From the NCBI GenBank assembly GCA_964199315.1, contig OZ116698.1, forward strand, positions 16,926,001 through 16,990,000: 64,000 nucleotides of DNA, written 5' to 3'. The position numbers and the translations under genes are program-made. This document shows, piece after piece, positions 36,040 through 48,367 of this stretch; the stretch's first letter is position 1; each line of letters begins with the position of its first letter. Source of the DNA: Orbicella franksi. Its lineage: Eukaryota. The notes beneath the pieces are model-generated. The model was not told where the DNA came from. It saw nothing but the letters and a program-made list of their open reading frames with translations, and did no database searches.

Positions 36040-36290
36040 TTCTTTTCGGTTGAGATCAACTTTTCCCAGCCAAGTGCGTCCAGAAGAGGAGAAGAACTTA
36101 CTTCATAGCTAGATATAATTGTTAGGATCCTAGCAGCACGATTTTGAAATTTCTGAAGCTGTTCAGTCAATTGATTATTTATGCCATCCCAAACTGTGGA
36201 GCAGTAACCAAAATGTGGTTGAATAAGGGAATTAGTGATACGAATTGCTTGAGTCTTTTCAGAACACGAATGCCAGAGGATATCCTTTTG
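36040..36290 (-). mobile_element. Degenerate non-LTR retrotransposon (CR1/L2-group) ORF2 C-terminal fragment
   Basis: Translation NSLIQPHFGYCSTVWDG...QLQKFQNRAARIL...YEVSS..LL..LGWEKL matches the typical post-RT region of L2/CR1-type LINEs. Confidence 0.8.
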
Positions 36291-36964
36291 CAAACCACAC
36301 CCACGTGCTTTTCGCAGGTCAAAATTAGCAGTAATTATGTGGCCTAAGTTTCGGGTTTTGATCTGGGTACTAAAAAACCCTTGTAACGAACTTTTAAAAA
36401 AGCCAATTGTGACTGGCTTACACTGGCGCGTTTTATTTTACAAACCTCGGCACTTCGAATTCTCCTTAGTTCATCGCGTTATCTGGATTTGTTATGATTG
36501 GTGAACTCAAGCGAGCACGCTGATTTGCGATTCTTACTGGACAAAGATACTCTTACTATTAAAACAGTCCTGTTATGAAGCTGTACGAGACGCTCAGAAA
36601 TTGTATATTACCACTAAAGTGGACTTTTAGAGCATCATATCCTCTACAACGTAAAACTTTCATGTCAATCTCCGTCTGCACTTACAGGGATCTTTAATTT
36701 CTGTGCGACTGCTAACACTTGAAACCAGGTTTATGAGCATCTAATGTGATTAAAGGGTGAGAAAGGAAGTTTGGTTCCTCAAGAGTGTTTCACAGCAATC
36801 ACGTGTACGCACAGCGGACCTACTTTTACCATTTTTCCTGGGAAGAACCCGAACATAGCAAAGGGAAAATGATTGCAATTAGTTACATTTAGGCATGAAA
36901 ATGTGTTAAGGTATATTTAGCCTAAGCAGAATAACTTTGTTTCCTGAATGTTCTCTCCAAGGTA

Positions 36965-37489
36965 ATGGAAAGTCTTCAAGACTCTGACCGTGACGACAGG
37001 TTCCACACGTTGATCCATAAACGAGTCAGGTTCCACTTGCCAGACGACAAGCCTGAAGATATGCTCCATAACTTGCCGAAACAACAACCACCAATCAACA
37101 AACGAGGCTCGCGCCTGTCATGGCTGCTCAGATTCTCCAGGCGAAGGCCGCTGACTGCCCTTTTTGTCTGTACTGCAGTTGTCGCGGGCTCTGTACCTGG
37201 TATGGTATTTCTCGGATTTGTCTTCGTTACTTTTCTTATTTCGTTTGTTGTGTTTGTAATCGCCGAGTCTTCGCTGGTCGGCGCAGGGCTTTTTGCTCTG
37301 GTCCTGGTCTTGTCGCTGCCTCTATGCTGCGCTGCAGCCTCAACTGCATGTTTGGTTGCCTGTTGGTGGGCCGTCAGTTATTTACAAGATTCACTTTCTA
37401 ATATGGCGGAGCCAGCCGAAACAGCATTCCATTACTTCGTGGGTCTTTATGTTCCTCGTAGGATAAAAGACGTAATTTACGCATTTTAA
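36965..37489 (+). CDS. LDAF1: Promethin / lipid droplet assembly factor 1 (TMEM159)-like membrane protein, 174 aa, single coding exon
   Basis: Long central hydrophobic hairpin RRRPLTALF...AGSVPGMVFLGFVFVTFLISFVVFVIAESSLVGAGLFALVLVL resembles the promethin pattern (P..L...VP...FL.F......F...E). Polypyrimidine-AG just before the ATG, and AATAAA near 37612. Confidence 0.7.
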   Translation: MESLQDSDRDDRFHTLIHKRVRFHLPDDKPEDMLHNLPKQQPPINKRGSRLSWLLRFSRRRPLTALFVCTAVVAGSVPGMVFLGFVFVTFLISFVVFVIAESSLVGAGLFALVLVLSLPLCCAAASTACLVACWWAVSYLQDSLSNMAEPAETAFHYFVGLYVPRRIKDVIYAF

Positions 37490-38965
37490 AAACGGAAGGA
37501 AATTCAACGATATTTTGTATGGAAGAAAGACACCAAAGTCCTTGAAAGATCTACGATAGCGAAGAACAGTTTCTCAAAACACATCAGAGGCATTTTCTGG
37601 TTATTGAACCAAATAAATGCTACGCGGTGGCGTGTTGCGGTTTGCAGATCGTTCCTTGGCTGGCTACAAATCATAGCAGTTGAGTTTTAGAACATCACCA
37701 AATGAGGAGGATTTTTTCTAAGCTATGGTTGCAAAACAAGATTGCGCGATGTTGCGTGTTGTAACACACTGAACTAAACGCGATGAAGCTCATAGCATTA
37801 AAACAGACTGTGAAAAATTGTTCAGGAAACTCAGAAAACAAGCTGAAGGACAAAACTAAGCTACAAACTGGAGATCTACTATATAACGTTATTTCTGTCG
37901 AAGAAAATTTCAAATTTCTAGCAACCTCAATTAAAATTGGTCACTAGAAATTAGCCGTTATCTGTTAGCCGGAACTACTTGTCTTCGGAACAAAAATTAT
38001 ATAGGTATGGTAGACATAGTCAGGGAAAATTTATCCTTACACAGAAATTAGGCAGCAATTCAGGAAGCAATATGCGCGAAAAATTATATTTCGAAACAAA
38101 TAGAAATTCCTCGCACACATTTTTATGATAGCACGGATCGTCTAGTTTATTTCGGATACTGCTGAAAACAATCAACAATTCAAGTTAGTTATCCCCATGC
38201 CTTGCGTGTTTACTAGTTATTCATTCATTCGTTTGCAACATTATATCACTAAAGCGTTTCTTTCTTCGTATTGAAAGTTGTCATCTAAGGTTTAGTTGTA
38301 TTTATGATGCTGGACCATCATACGTCGAGTCACGTGCCATGGTTTATTCACGGTACAGGTTCTCCTCGGCTGAAACAAAAAACAGGACGATGCAGATAAG
38401 TAATGAACAGAGATATAACAAAAGTACCACCATGTCACTCAGCAGTAAGGTCTAAACCGCGACTTTTTGTTGGACTGCTTCATTCCAAAAGTCAGAAGAA
38501 CAAAAACGAATTCAATTTTTCGATCTAAATTTTGAAAGTGACGCGAAAACCCATACTACAGAAACAATGAATAATAAATCATTAATTAAACAAAATGAAT
38601 GAACCAAGGAAGACGGGAAGGAAGAAAGGAATGTGTGAACAAGGGACAGGAGAACAGCTGGAGAAGACGTTCAGGGTAATCAGTAGATTTCAAACTAGAT
38701 TTCTGATTAATTTATCAGCAGAGCTTGAACATTTCCACTCTAATAAATACTTTCTATCATGTTCTGTCGGTATTGGCGGAATACAATACAAAAATGCAAC
38801 AAATTTATTAACAAGTCAATCTACTAGCTGGCTACAGGTAGGCTACCAACTGAGGACATCAAAGACCTAATGCATGCTCATATACATGGTATTAAATCTA
38901 CTTTTGAAAACAATTGGGTTATAACTGGGCGGTGACTCACTAAAATGATTAACATTGACAACTCT

Positions 38966-39181
38966 CTATTTTTCAACGCACGGGAAAGAAAAAGCCGAGC
39001 GACGTGAGCGCGAAGCACGTGGGGTGGGGGCGGGGAGGCGAGCGAAGCGAGCCAATCGGTCCCCTCCCCCTACCCTGTTAAGTCTCTCGTTTTGCGTTTG
39101 CGTCCAGTTTCCTCGCGATTCTATCCGCGTGTTCAACGATCGATTAAAAATACGAGAAAATAAAGGGCTGTGAACAGTCTT
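38966..39181. mobile_element. Short interspersed element of the ...CTGTGAACAGTCTA-ended type
   Basis: GC-rich gagcgacgtgagcgcgaagc core ending gggctgtgaacagtcta. A similar-style element lies at 60660-60795. Confidence 0.5.
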
Positions 39182-39528
39182 AGATTTAAAAGGTTTGTTG
39201 GCAATAGCTTCAACTTTACTACCCGGTTGCATGTCCTGGAACCACCTGTTGTAGAGATTGCGACACTCGAAGGAGATCTTTAATCTCAAAATACAGCTTG
39301 TAAACCGCGTTCATAAACCTGCACGAGTTTTCTCTTATCAGAGCTCTTGCAGGTCCTTGTAGAAATGCCATACAAGGCTACAGTATATATTGGTCTCGTT
39401 CTTTTTGGCAAGCTTGTGTACCTCGCCTGCGGCTCGGCCCATAAACTCCACCACCATATACCCAATACGGACCCTCACGATCACGCAAGTTCGATAACAC
39501 ATTTACTGTATCAGAAACTCGTATCTAC

Positions 39529-41791
39529 TTACGCGTAATGTATACAGTTTGGCCACTGTGTGCCCACGGACGGTGGTTCAGCGGTCCAAGTGCCGTCATC
39601 ATGACACACGTAACGCTCAGCAGTAAGGAATTCAACGTCATATCCCGGGTCACATGACATGCTACAATAAACGTCCTGGCTGTTGGGGACGTCTTCGCAT
39701 TTAATTTGGCCGTGTGCTGGTGGTGACTGGCCTTGGCATTTCAATTCTGTGTTTAGGAACAAATTTTGTTCACGAACAGCTCTTTATAAGTGTCTATACA
39801 TTTCATCTTATTCCCTCCCCTTAGTTTCTTTCTTCTTCGGTATTTGCTTGGCTAGTTCCTGAATAGAGATCATTACTGTATTACTGTATTATTGCAAGTA
39901 CCGGCTGAGCACATACATAAACAATATTTTAAAAACCTAAAACGCAGTTAATTTTTTAGCACTCATAACTTATCATGAATTTAAGAAATTCGAGCAACGT
40001 ACTCAGAGGTCATTATACCGGAACATAAACAGGATGCTGGATCTCATTAAGCTGACTATGGGGTCCGATTAAATCTGTTCGCAGGAAAGGAAAAATCATT
40101 TCTAACGGAAACTTCGTTATGCTTGCCTAGCTTCTTAGTCATATAATCACCGTAATATAACCATGCTTTATTTTGATCAGCCTGAGAACTGCCCCTTGAA
40201 ATCTGTTTTCGGCACAGTGAAACAACGTCTAGCCATAATTATGAGGTGACTATGCCGCTATTTCACGAAATAGGCCGACAGACTGTCGCTCATTTTGTCT
40301 TTTGGTGGTGTAATTGTTTTCAGACGATAGACCACGATAGGATCACACAGATAAATTAAGAGAAGACCACCCAGACTCAAACCAAGACACGAAATAACGA
40401 GAAGTCTTGCTGTGAAATTAGCAGCGTAGCAGTTGAAAGAAAGTTATATGCTCCTTTTATCTATAAAAACAACAGACACTGGACGACTGTTTAATATGAT
40501 CAGGATGTTCCGAAACAATCTAAAGCACCTGCTGATCGCATATTATTTCTTGTTCCTCCCCTGTCCCTGTAACCCAAGCAGAGTACGCCCGTCCCCCCCC
40601 CCCCCACCCCCCCACCATTGGCATGAGAGGTGAACGAAATAAAACCAAAATCAGTTCTAGGCGTGCGACATATTCGTCAGTTGCAATACTCCTTTTCCTT
40701 CTTCAAACAATGTCTGTAAAGTATTAATCTTCCCTCGAGACCCGCTTCCATGGACTGGACTGGACTTCAGTTGCAAGGACTGGCCCCGGACTGGTCTCTT
40801 AAAACTAACTAAAAGCACAGCGCGAACTACCGATTCCCGCTAACTCGATCTGCGTCTATCGTATCTAACAAAATCAAAATCTCCAACCAAAAGCTAGTTA
40901 ATGCCATCCATATACAATATAGGACCGACAGCGATCACCGACAGAGTATGTTTAGAATAATGATATTATTTTTTACTAATCATTTTTTGACATAAAAGTA
41001 CAGTCAGATGTTTTCTATTTCGAGTGTTTCTTTTTTCTTATCAATGGGTCTCTGTGGTTGCTAGAGGGGGTGTAATGTAATCCTAAAACGTTCCGGTCTG
41101 CGTTTGGTGGACACTTCGAACCGTGGCATAAACTCATTGGTTGCGCAAAGCTCGTAGAGTCTTGTCACCGAGGATGAAAAGCCTGACCGAAAAAAACTAC
41201 CAAACTAAACTAAAAAAATAGCTAGATGTGAAGAGAGGAAAGGGCAAGATAGCGAGAAGATGTGAGCTGGCCATGATGGCTATCAGCTATATCAAACTAG
41301 GTCTGGCATAATGACTTCACATTTTGGAGAAATATCACATGATCCACGAAACGCATGATCGACGCCGATTGTATACCTTCCTCTTTTCCTCGAAAGGTCC
41401 TCATCTGCGCCACCCCCGTCCCTTCCAGGTCGATTTGCTTGAGCCCCCGCCCCCCCCCCCCCCCCCCGATTCCGGTACTGTATTCTTTTTTACTGTTTGA
41501 TCAAGAGTAAATGTAGCGCCAAAAATCACTTTACCCATCAATGAGAGCTTAAACAAGAAACAAAAGCTTACGAACAGAAGTTGACTGGCAAATAATCTGA
41601 ACGTTCAGTCTGCGAGCGAAGAAACGTATTAAGGGCAGTTGTTGAAGTCTCAACGTAACAGAACATTTAAACGTGGGGAAAGGAGAGTGACAACAATGAA
41701 TTAAAGTTATAAACTTACTGCTGAAATCGACGTTAGTCGAGGAGCATGTGCCGAACACAATCCCGACAAGAAAAAGGACTTTGAGAAACAT
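39529..41791 (-). CDS. Putative secreted sushi/CCP-domain protein (signal-peptide exon plus 6-Cys CCP exon); 3' end unresolved
   Basis: Exon 41719-41791 (MFLKVLFLVGIVFGTCSS.., phase-1 GTAAGT donor) joins in phase with exon 39533-39746 (LKC..QSPPAHGQIKC.......YCSMSCDPGYD......RYVC..DGTW......WPNC), a CCP/sushi pattern. Confidence 0.65.
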
Positions 41792-44314
41792 CTCCTTCGC
41801 TAACGAGTACGCGAGCCACGTAGTTGAGACCAGATCAGGTTTGACTGCGTTGCTGTCGCACCTCACGTAACTTCGTTATTTGACCCCTTGGAGAAATCTG
41901 AAACGCCGCAGGAAATAATGTATCACGAAATAAAAATTATTTTAATAGCAGGTAAATCAAACACAACTTATGGATAAGTAAACACTGTGAGAATGGCCTT
42001 TGTGAAGCTATATAAATGTGACTGTTTGTTGCACTAAATGTTTATTTACCCGGCTGCAGGTGGATATTTACGTATTTCACTCTGAAACAGGTAATACGGA
42101 TTAGTTTCTCGTCAGTAGGACACCTGATGTCGCCGCTTGACACCTCTTACATTTGGAATAAAATAAAATAAATAATACCAAAAGAAAAACACCTCTGAGA
42201 TGAGAAAAAAATGCTTTCACCGTTCATTTGCATCACAATAGAATTTAGCGTGGACGCAAGGCAATTTCGAGCAGAAACAACAAGTGACAGCAAGGTTTGC
42301 GCGAATTTCTTCACATCTATGTATTACACTCTAATGCAAATGAGAAAAGTTAACCATGAAAAGGTCCACTGAATGTCGAAGGTGCAAATTACACGAATAT
42401 CGAACATTTCAGACACCTGACAGCTGGTATTGCAGAAGAACAAAAGTGGAAGTGCCATTTTATATTACAGTTCTAAATATCTTTTTTGCTTTTGTTCTAG
42501 TTTGTTTGTTCATCCTTGTCTTGTTTCGGTGAGTAAGACAAATGAAAACAGCCACCGGAGACGAAGGAGTCAGACGAGTCAATTTGCTCCTTCAAGTAGG
42601 TGCTGATAAATTCAGACATTCCGATCTTTGCTGGTCACTGTCAGATAAGAAATATTTATCATTCCAACAAAATTAACTTCTCTCACCTGAAAGGATTATG
42701 GTGCGGGGTATCTTCACTTTTGCCATAAACAAAAACACAGGAAACCAAATTGGCTTAATTTGTGTGTCTTTACCTCAGCACAGATTTTACATTAGACGTT
42801 AGGTCCTCCCACGGAGTGCTTTGTGTTTTAATAGTCATTAATACTGTAGGTTGATTCTTGTTTAGTTTCCCCAATTAGTTCGTTAGGGCTGAATACTTTG
42901 ACATTATCATTTAAGGTTCTTATCTTTTCATTCATTCTTATTTAAATCCGTACTTTCTACGAAATTTCATCTTAATTTTCGATTTTTGGAGTCTTTTCAG
43001 TCTGTTTTATGTTGATTAGACTGCTCGCGCAGTCTATATGTAGACCAGCAGTTCAAACACCCAACACGATTGTCCCCCAGGGCAGGGGTAGAGGGGGAGG
43101 GGGAAATTTAGTTCTCAGCATAGATTTCCCTACACCCTTTTGGTATACAATTCAGTTCTCTGAATCTCTACCTTTTATATACATCCAGTCTGAACGAGGT
43201 ACCCTATAAAATTATATTAGACTACTCGACTCTGTAGATGACTTCCGACAGGAGCAGTAGACTCCTGCTTTTGCTCGGCAAACTGAAACGTTTCTTGTTA
43301 GGAGTACCGTCGCCCTGACGACCACGCTAGACAACTATAGAGTGTAGACAACTATACCTACTTATATTCCTGGGGATAATTCAAACTATCAACTAAAATT
43401 GGTTAACCTGACTGAAGATACAAACAACTTGCATAGGCTTGAGTTAGAGCTTATTTTCGGCCGGGCGTAGGACCTTATAACAAAATACTCTCTAAACATA
43501 TCCGGAAACATAAGACAAAGTAAGTTCTCCCGTTTACGGACCATGACTGAATTCCCTGATCATAATGTTGGGTCGTAACCTGATATTTCGCTCTTATGGT
43601 GGTTTACCAACAGAAAAATCATCGAATCCAATTAAACACCCACGCCGTCTTTTGATTACTATCGGAAGGCTTATTTGCGTAAGGGGGTGGGTTATGGGGG
43701 CGAGGGTTAGGGGGTCGGAATTTTACGTTGTTTATCTCGTTTGTGGTTTAAATACTTACCGCATAGCCGCACAACTGTGTTGGCGACTCAAGGGTTAACC
43801 AACTCGCACAGGGAAAACTTTATTTATAATTAAATATATTTGTAACTAACACAAGCGAAAATCGAGGTCAACAAAATATTACAGAGTTTAATAAATTTAT
43901 CTAAAACTTTAATAATCGCTCCCGTGGAGGGACTGGGACGAAACTTTTCAATTCCGGTCCTTTCACAGCAACACTTGACCACTACTAGCGTACACGTAAG
44001 CGAAACAGAGCAGGAGGGATCTATCGGATGTCATTCTACAAAACTGCGCCTCCTTTTATTGATATTTTCCCGTGTATCGCCTCTATAGAACATTGATACT
44101 AGGTATTGTACACGACTAACACTTTATATCGAGCATTTTTCTCCTTCGTTTCAAGGCTTGAACTAAGATCACATTACAATGCGATTTCTCAACAGGAGTA
44201 AAGAACTAGTAACAAAATTGATGCACAGACATACAAAATTCACAGGAACATCTAATTTAATAGTTTCTCTTGGGAGTTAATTTAAGGGAAAAGTCATCGA
44301 GGTACAAAACAGAG

Positions 44315-47300
44315 CTAACTAAAACAAATAGGTCCCACTTCAAAACCAAATTCATTTGAACTAAGAAATTCTCCGGGAGCGAAGTCCACTATGGGCATTT
44401 GACTGAGATCTTCAGTTTCCACGTGTACAACTGCTTTCCAATCTTTTCGGACCTGAAGGATGCACACACACAAAAAATAGTTTAGCAGGCCTGGACCAAA
44501 GCACAACCATTTGCTAATGCCGTAAGAGGTAGCTTATGACAGTCAGTTAAAGAAATACTGAAAAAGTTGTATCTTATAACATTGATCACAATTGGATAAT
44601 TTGTTTTAAGCACGGGCGGGCGGGCTGCCTGGTTAGCTGGATGGCAATCTGTCGGGAGGGGCTAATGGGCGGGCTAACTGAGTGACTGACTGAATGACTA
44701 ACTGACTGACCGACCGACCGATCAACTGGCCGACTGACTTCAGACTGAGGGACGGACGGACGGACAAACCGGCGGAATGAGGGATCGACCGATCGACCTA
44801 CCGACGGGTTGATTTCAATGATTTCGGACTTCTCCCCAGCATGTTACTGATCACGTACACTGGAAATATCTCCTTTTGGCTCGATTCTTTTACATGATGA
44901 AATGTTCATACCTGCGTAATCTTGACATTTGGATCACTTTTCATGAATGATAAGACACCGTCATTAGCTCCTTGGAGTCTGATGGCTTTTTCTAACGCGT
45001 TGCTCTTGCTGTCAAAGCATCCTCTAGATCCTTTACAAGTCATGTTGAACGTTTGTGTTGCTTTCTCGCTCAACAGTCGCAGGAAATTCAGTTGTGTTTT
45101 TCCAACACCCGTGTACGAAATCTGAAAAACAAGTAAATGTATATCACTTTCACTTACTGATTTTCCCAACCGAATGATACTGGACTTTTTTCACCATGTG
45201 CTCATTAAGAAAAATAAACACGAACAAAGGAAACGATTGCACCTCATAACCATCTTCGTATTCGCTGAACCATTCCGATCCAGAGAGCTTCTTCCACTTT
45301 TTGTTCGCAGCCTATTCAATGCCAATAGGAAAACAAAACATTTAATACACATGGCTATGGGAATTTACGACAAGGAGAAAACAGAAGATACCACTCGATA
45401 GCAATCCCCTTAGTGCTGGGCAACAGTCTATCTAGTTTCCGATATAACTTTGATTGTTTTGTTGGTTCATTTAAGGAGTGATGTAATCCTCAACTCCTTC
45501 TCCCCCTGAAGGGCTGAGTTGTTCAGAGTCCGATTAAGCTAACTCAGAATTAGCAAGAATTTCGATTTCAGGTTTGTAATTTTTCGGTGAGGTTTTCTGT
45601 TTATATTGTTTGGCCCTTAGTTTTGAGCTTGGGTAAGCTCAAACGGAGTAGCGCAAACTACACAAAACATAAGCAGTGAAAAACATTTTTGTACAAGAAA
45701 ATTAATATTTCGGTAAACTTTTAATCTTGGGTTAGTGGTCACCAGAATTCGAACAACCCGGCCCTGGGTGTTAAGCATGAGTTAGCACACCATCAATGCG
45801 AGGTTCGAAAGCACGAAAGTTTGCAATGAGAAGCAAGTATTTTCTGTTTTAAAAAGGGAGTAACAGACTACTTAACTTCGAGAAATGACTATTTCAGTTA
45901 TTGTTGATACTTTTACCCCGAACGTTTTTGGTGTTTTCGGTGTTTTTTGGTGTTTTGGCAACTTTTTTTCTTATTGTGTAGTACTTTATCTAGTTTTTGT
46001 ATTACTCTGGGCCGTAAAAATGTAACGAATAAAGATATAAATAAATAAATAAATAAATAAACATATAAATAAATAAATAAATAAATAAAAACAAAGGAGA
46101 TGTACGCACCTTTTTCGTGTCTTTATCAGGATAGATACAGGTTTGTCCGCCTGCAGTAAAGTTGCAGAACACTTCAATCGCATCTCCATTACAGCCGTGG
46201 TTAGGATCGATCCAGTATCGACCTGAAACGGAAATACAAAATGTGTTAATTTCACACTAGTGGACAAGATTGAATGTTGACTGTAACAAAAGAGACCCAT
46301 CCAAGGAGGAAGAGTCTATCTGACGATCACCGACAACCCATTCTAGTTCAGAAGCATTTTCAGGGATTCTGCTAATTCTTGTTTCCCTCATGGCTCCCTG
46401 AAAAAACTAGTGAGACAATCTCAGATAGTGCAGAGTGCAATTGATAGCTCTGGCACGGTAGTCCCATAAGTACTCACCCCTGTTCGGTTCACTTCCGGTT
46501 TGTGTCTACCTTGGTAGTCTGCTAGAGCTTTTCCCCTTTGCAGTGTGTATGTTTCAAGGTTGTATTTTCATTCAAGGTCCAAAAATTACGCACAAATTAA
46601 TCACTACTGGTGGCTTACTTTGATTTTCGTTCATTTTAAATTCAATAATACGTTAAAGCAGCAAACGTGACAATTTAGCTCTTCACGCCAACTTTGTAAC
46701 TTGATACTTTTGTTTTCCTCGCAAAGGCATGTAATATGAAACCCTTGTTTTCTCCAAAACATACGGAAGATGTCCTCATTTTTTGGAGGTAAATGAAAGA
46801 AAGTTAAATATCTGATGTAGTGATGAAGAAACGGAACAGAAACAATGTTGTTTTACTAAAAATGCAAATTTTTACCGATGAACAAGAACTAATTTAATTA
46901 TCAGATAGTCACGAATACCACTTTCTTTTTCTGTTGCCACCCTTGTTGTTAACAATAAAACAATTAAAAATTAACACAAAACGATATTGATGGCTGAGAA
47001 GCATTTCAACGAAAAGTATTGAAGATAAACAGCACTACTTGGCCGATATGAATGAGTCTCCTCAAAGACTGATTAAATTAATTTGCGCTTTCATTAGGTG
47101 CCACGGAGTCTGCAGCAATATTTGAGCATTTTCCTGGTTTCTTTTGTTACAAATTTACAATTTGGGGAGTATTAAAGCCACTAACTTGGGAACTTTTTGG
47201 TCTCTCTTACAGACACAATTAAGGCAAGAAATAAACAAGCCGCTAAGGAGAAGCAATACATTAGAACCCTGACAAGCACACTATTATAGATTGAAAACAG

Positions 47301-48367
47301 CTGATGATATTTGTTGAACCGACCTTTGTGTAATTCTAAAAGCTACGCAGCCACAGTAATGTTTCACTTTTGCAATAAAAAGGGACAATTGGCGCTACCT
47401 GAAAAATAACTGCCGTCCTTGGTCACATGACATGACATAAAATACTGCATGGAAAGATAGTGTATGACACTAACGATGCTAGAACGCACGCGTCTTACAT
47501 GTTGAGTTTCACCATAAGGAAAACTACTCAACATTTGTGCGTGATTCCGTATGCAATGTATCCTTCACCTAATATAGAAGCCATGAACGCTAACTAATCT
47601 ACGCATGCGTTTAGAGCAAATTAGTTTTGTTCTAAGGAGAATGGTACCAAAAGGAGAGCAAGGGGTTACCTGAAACAAATATTTAGCTTTGCGATGTTCA
47701 AACCTAAGTGACGGCGATGGGATGTGTTTTACGTAGAGTACACATTTACCTTTCCCACCTCACCCCCACTACTTCCTTGCCTCTAGACTAATTAATTAAT
47801 TGAGATTAAGTAATTAAACAAACATTAAAGTTTACACCTTAGCGCCATAGGGCCTTAGTTACTTAACGGCAGGCAGCTCCCATAACCATCCCAATAGTGC
47901 ACTCTGCACTAAAAAGAGCCCTTTCCAATGCCCAGAAGGAAGAAAAAACTGAATAAGGAAGAAGAAACGAAATTCCTTCACGGATTGTCAAACCCAAACC
48001 ACAGCTGTCCAAGAATCAAGGCCTGGCCACTGAGAAAAGAAGCCCTGAAAAGACGTAACAACGCCGGGGAACACATCGTTCATTTGTCGAACACCACGAT
48101 ATAAAGCCATCAGAACCGCCTACCATCTTTTAGGTCTCCACGACACATGTGTAAATCTTTACAACTTCTAGCAGGGTTCGTTTGTGTTCCACTTGGTCGT
48201 TTAATACTCTCAATTTCATCCTTGAGTGACTGTATGAGTCCTTGAGACTCTGATACGCCCGCAGCTGATGAATCCACCGATCGTCGTTTCCTTTTTGTTT
48301 CACCTTTGTCGGCGCCAACTTCTATTCCACCAGGAGCAACCAAGTAGCCACTACCTATGAACGAGGC
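44315..48367 (-). CDS. Collagen C-telopeptide, furin site and COLFI C-propeptide exons
   Basis: Exons 48124-48367 (..KRKRR|[20 protein letters not shown]), 46110-46222 ([28 protein letters not shown]), 45243-45311 (W..WFSE), 44912-45121 ([27 protein letters not shown]), 44315-44452 ([19 protein letters not shown]). Confidence 0.93.

Noticed and set aside
43225-43310. Second possible hammerhead/Penelope-end relic
   Set aside because: The core reads CTGTAGA (mutated) and the spacing to GAAAC is disrupted. Too degenerate to support.
44495-44515. AAT-GGT-TGT (NGC) as the missing Cys7 micro-exon
   Set aside because: Wrong phase relative to the flanking phase-0 exons and a weak donor (GTCCAG).
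46476-46516. Exon-like segment with GTGAGT donor in a COLFI intron
   Set aside because: 41 nt and phase-asymmetric, so it would break the frame. No collagen similarity.
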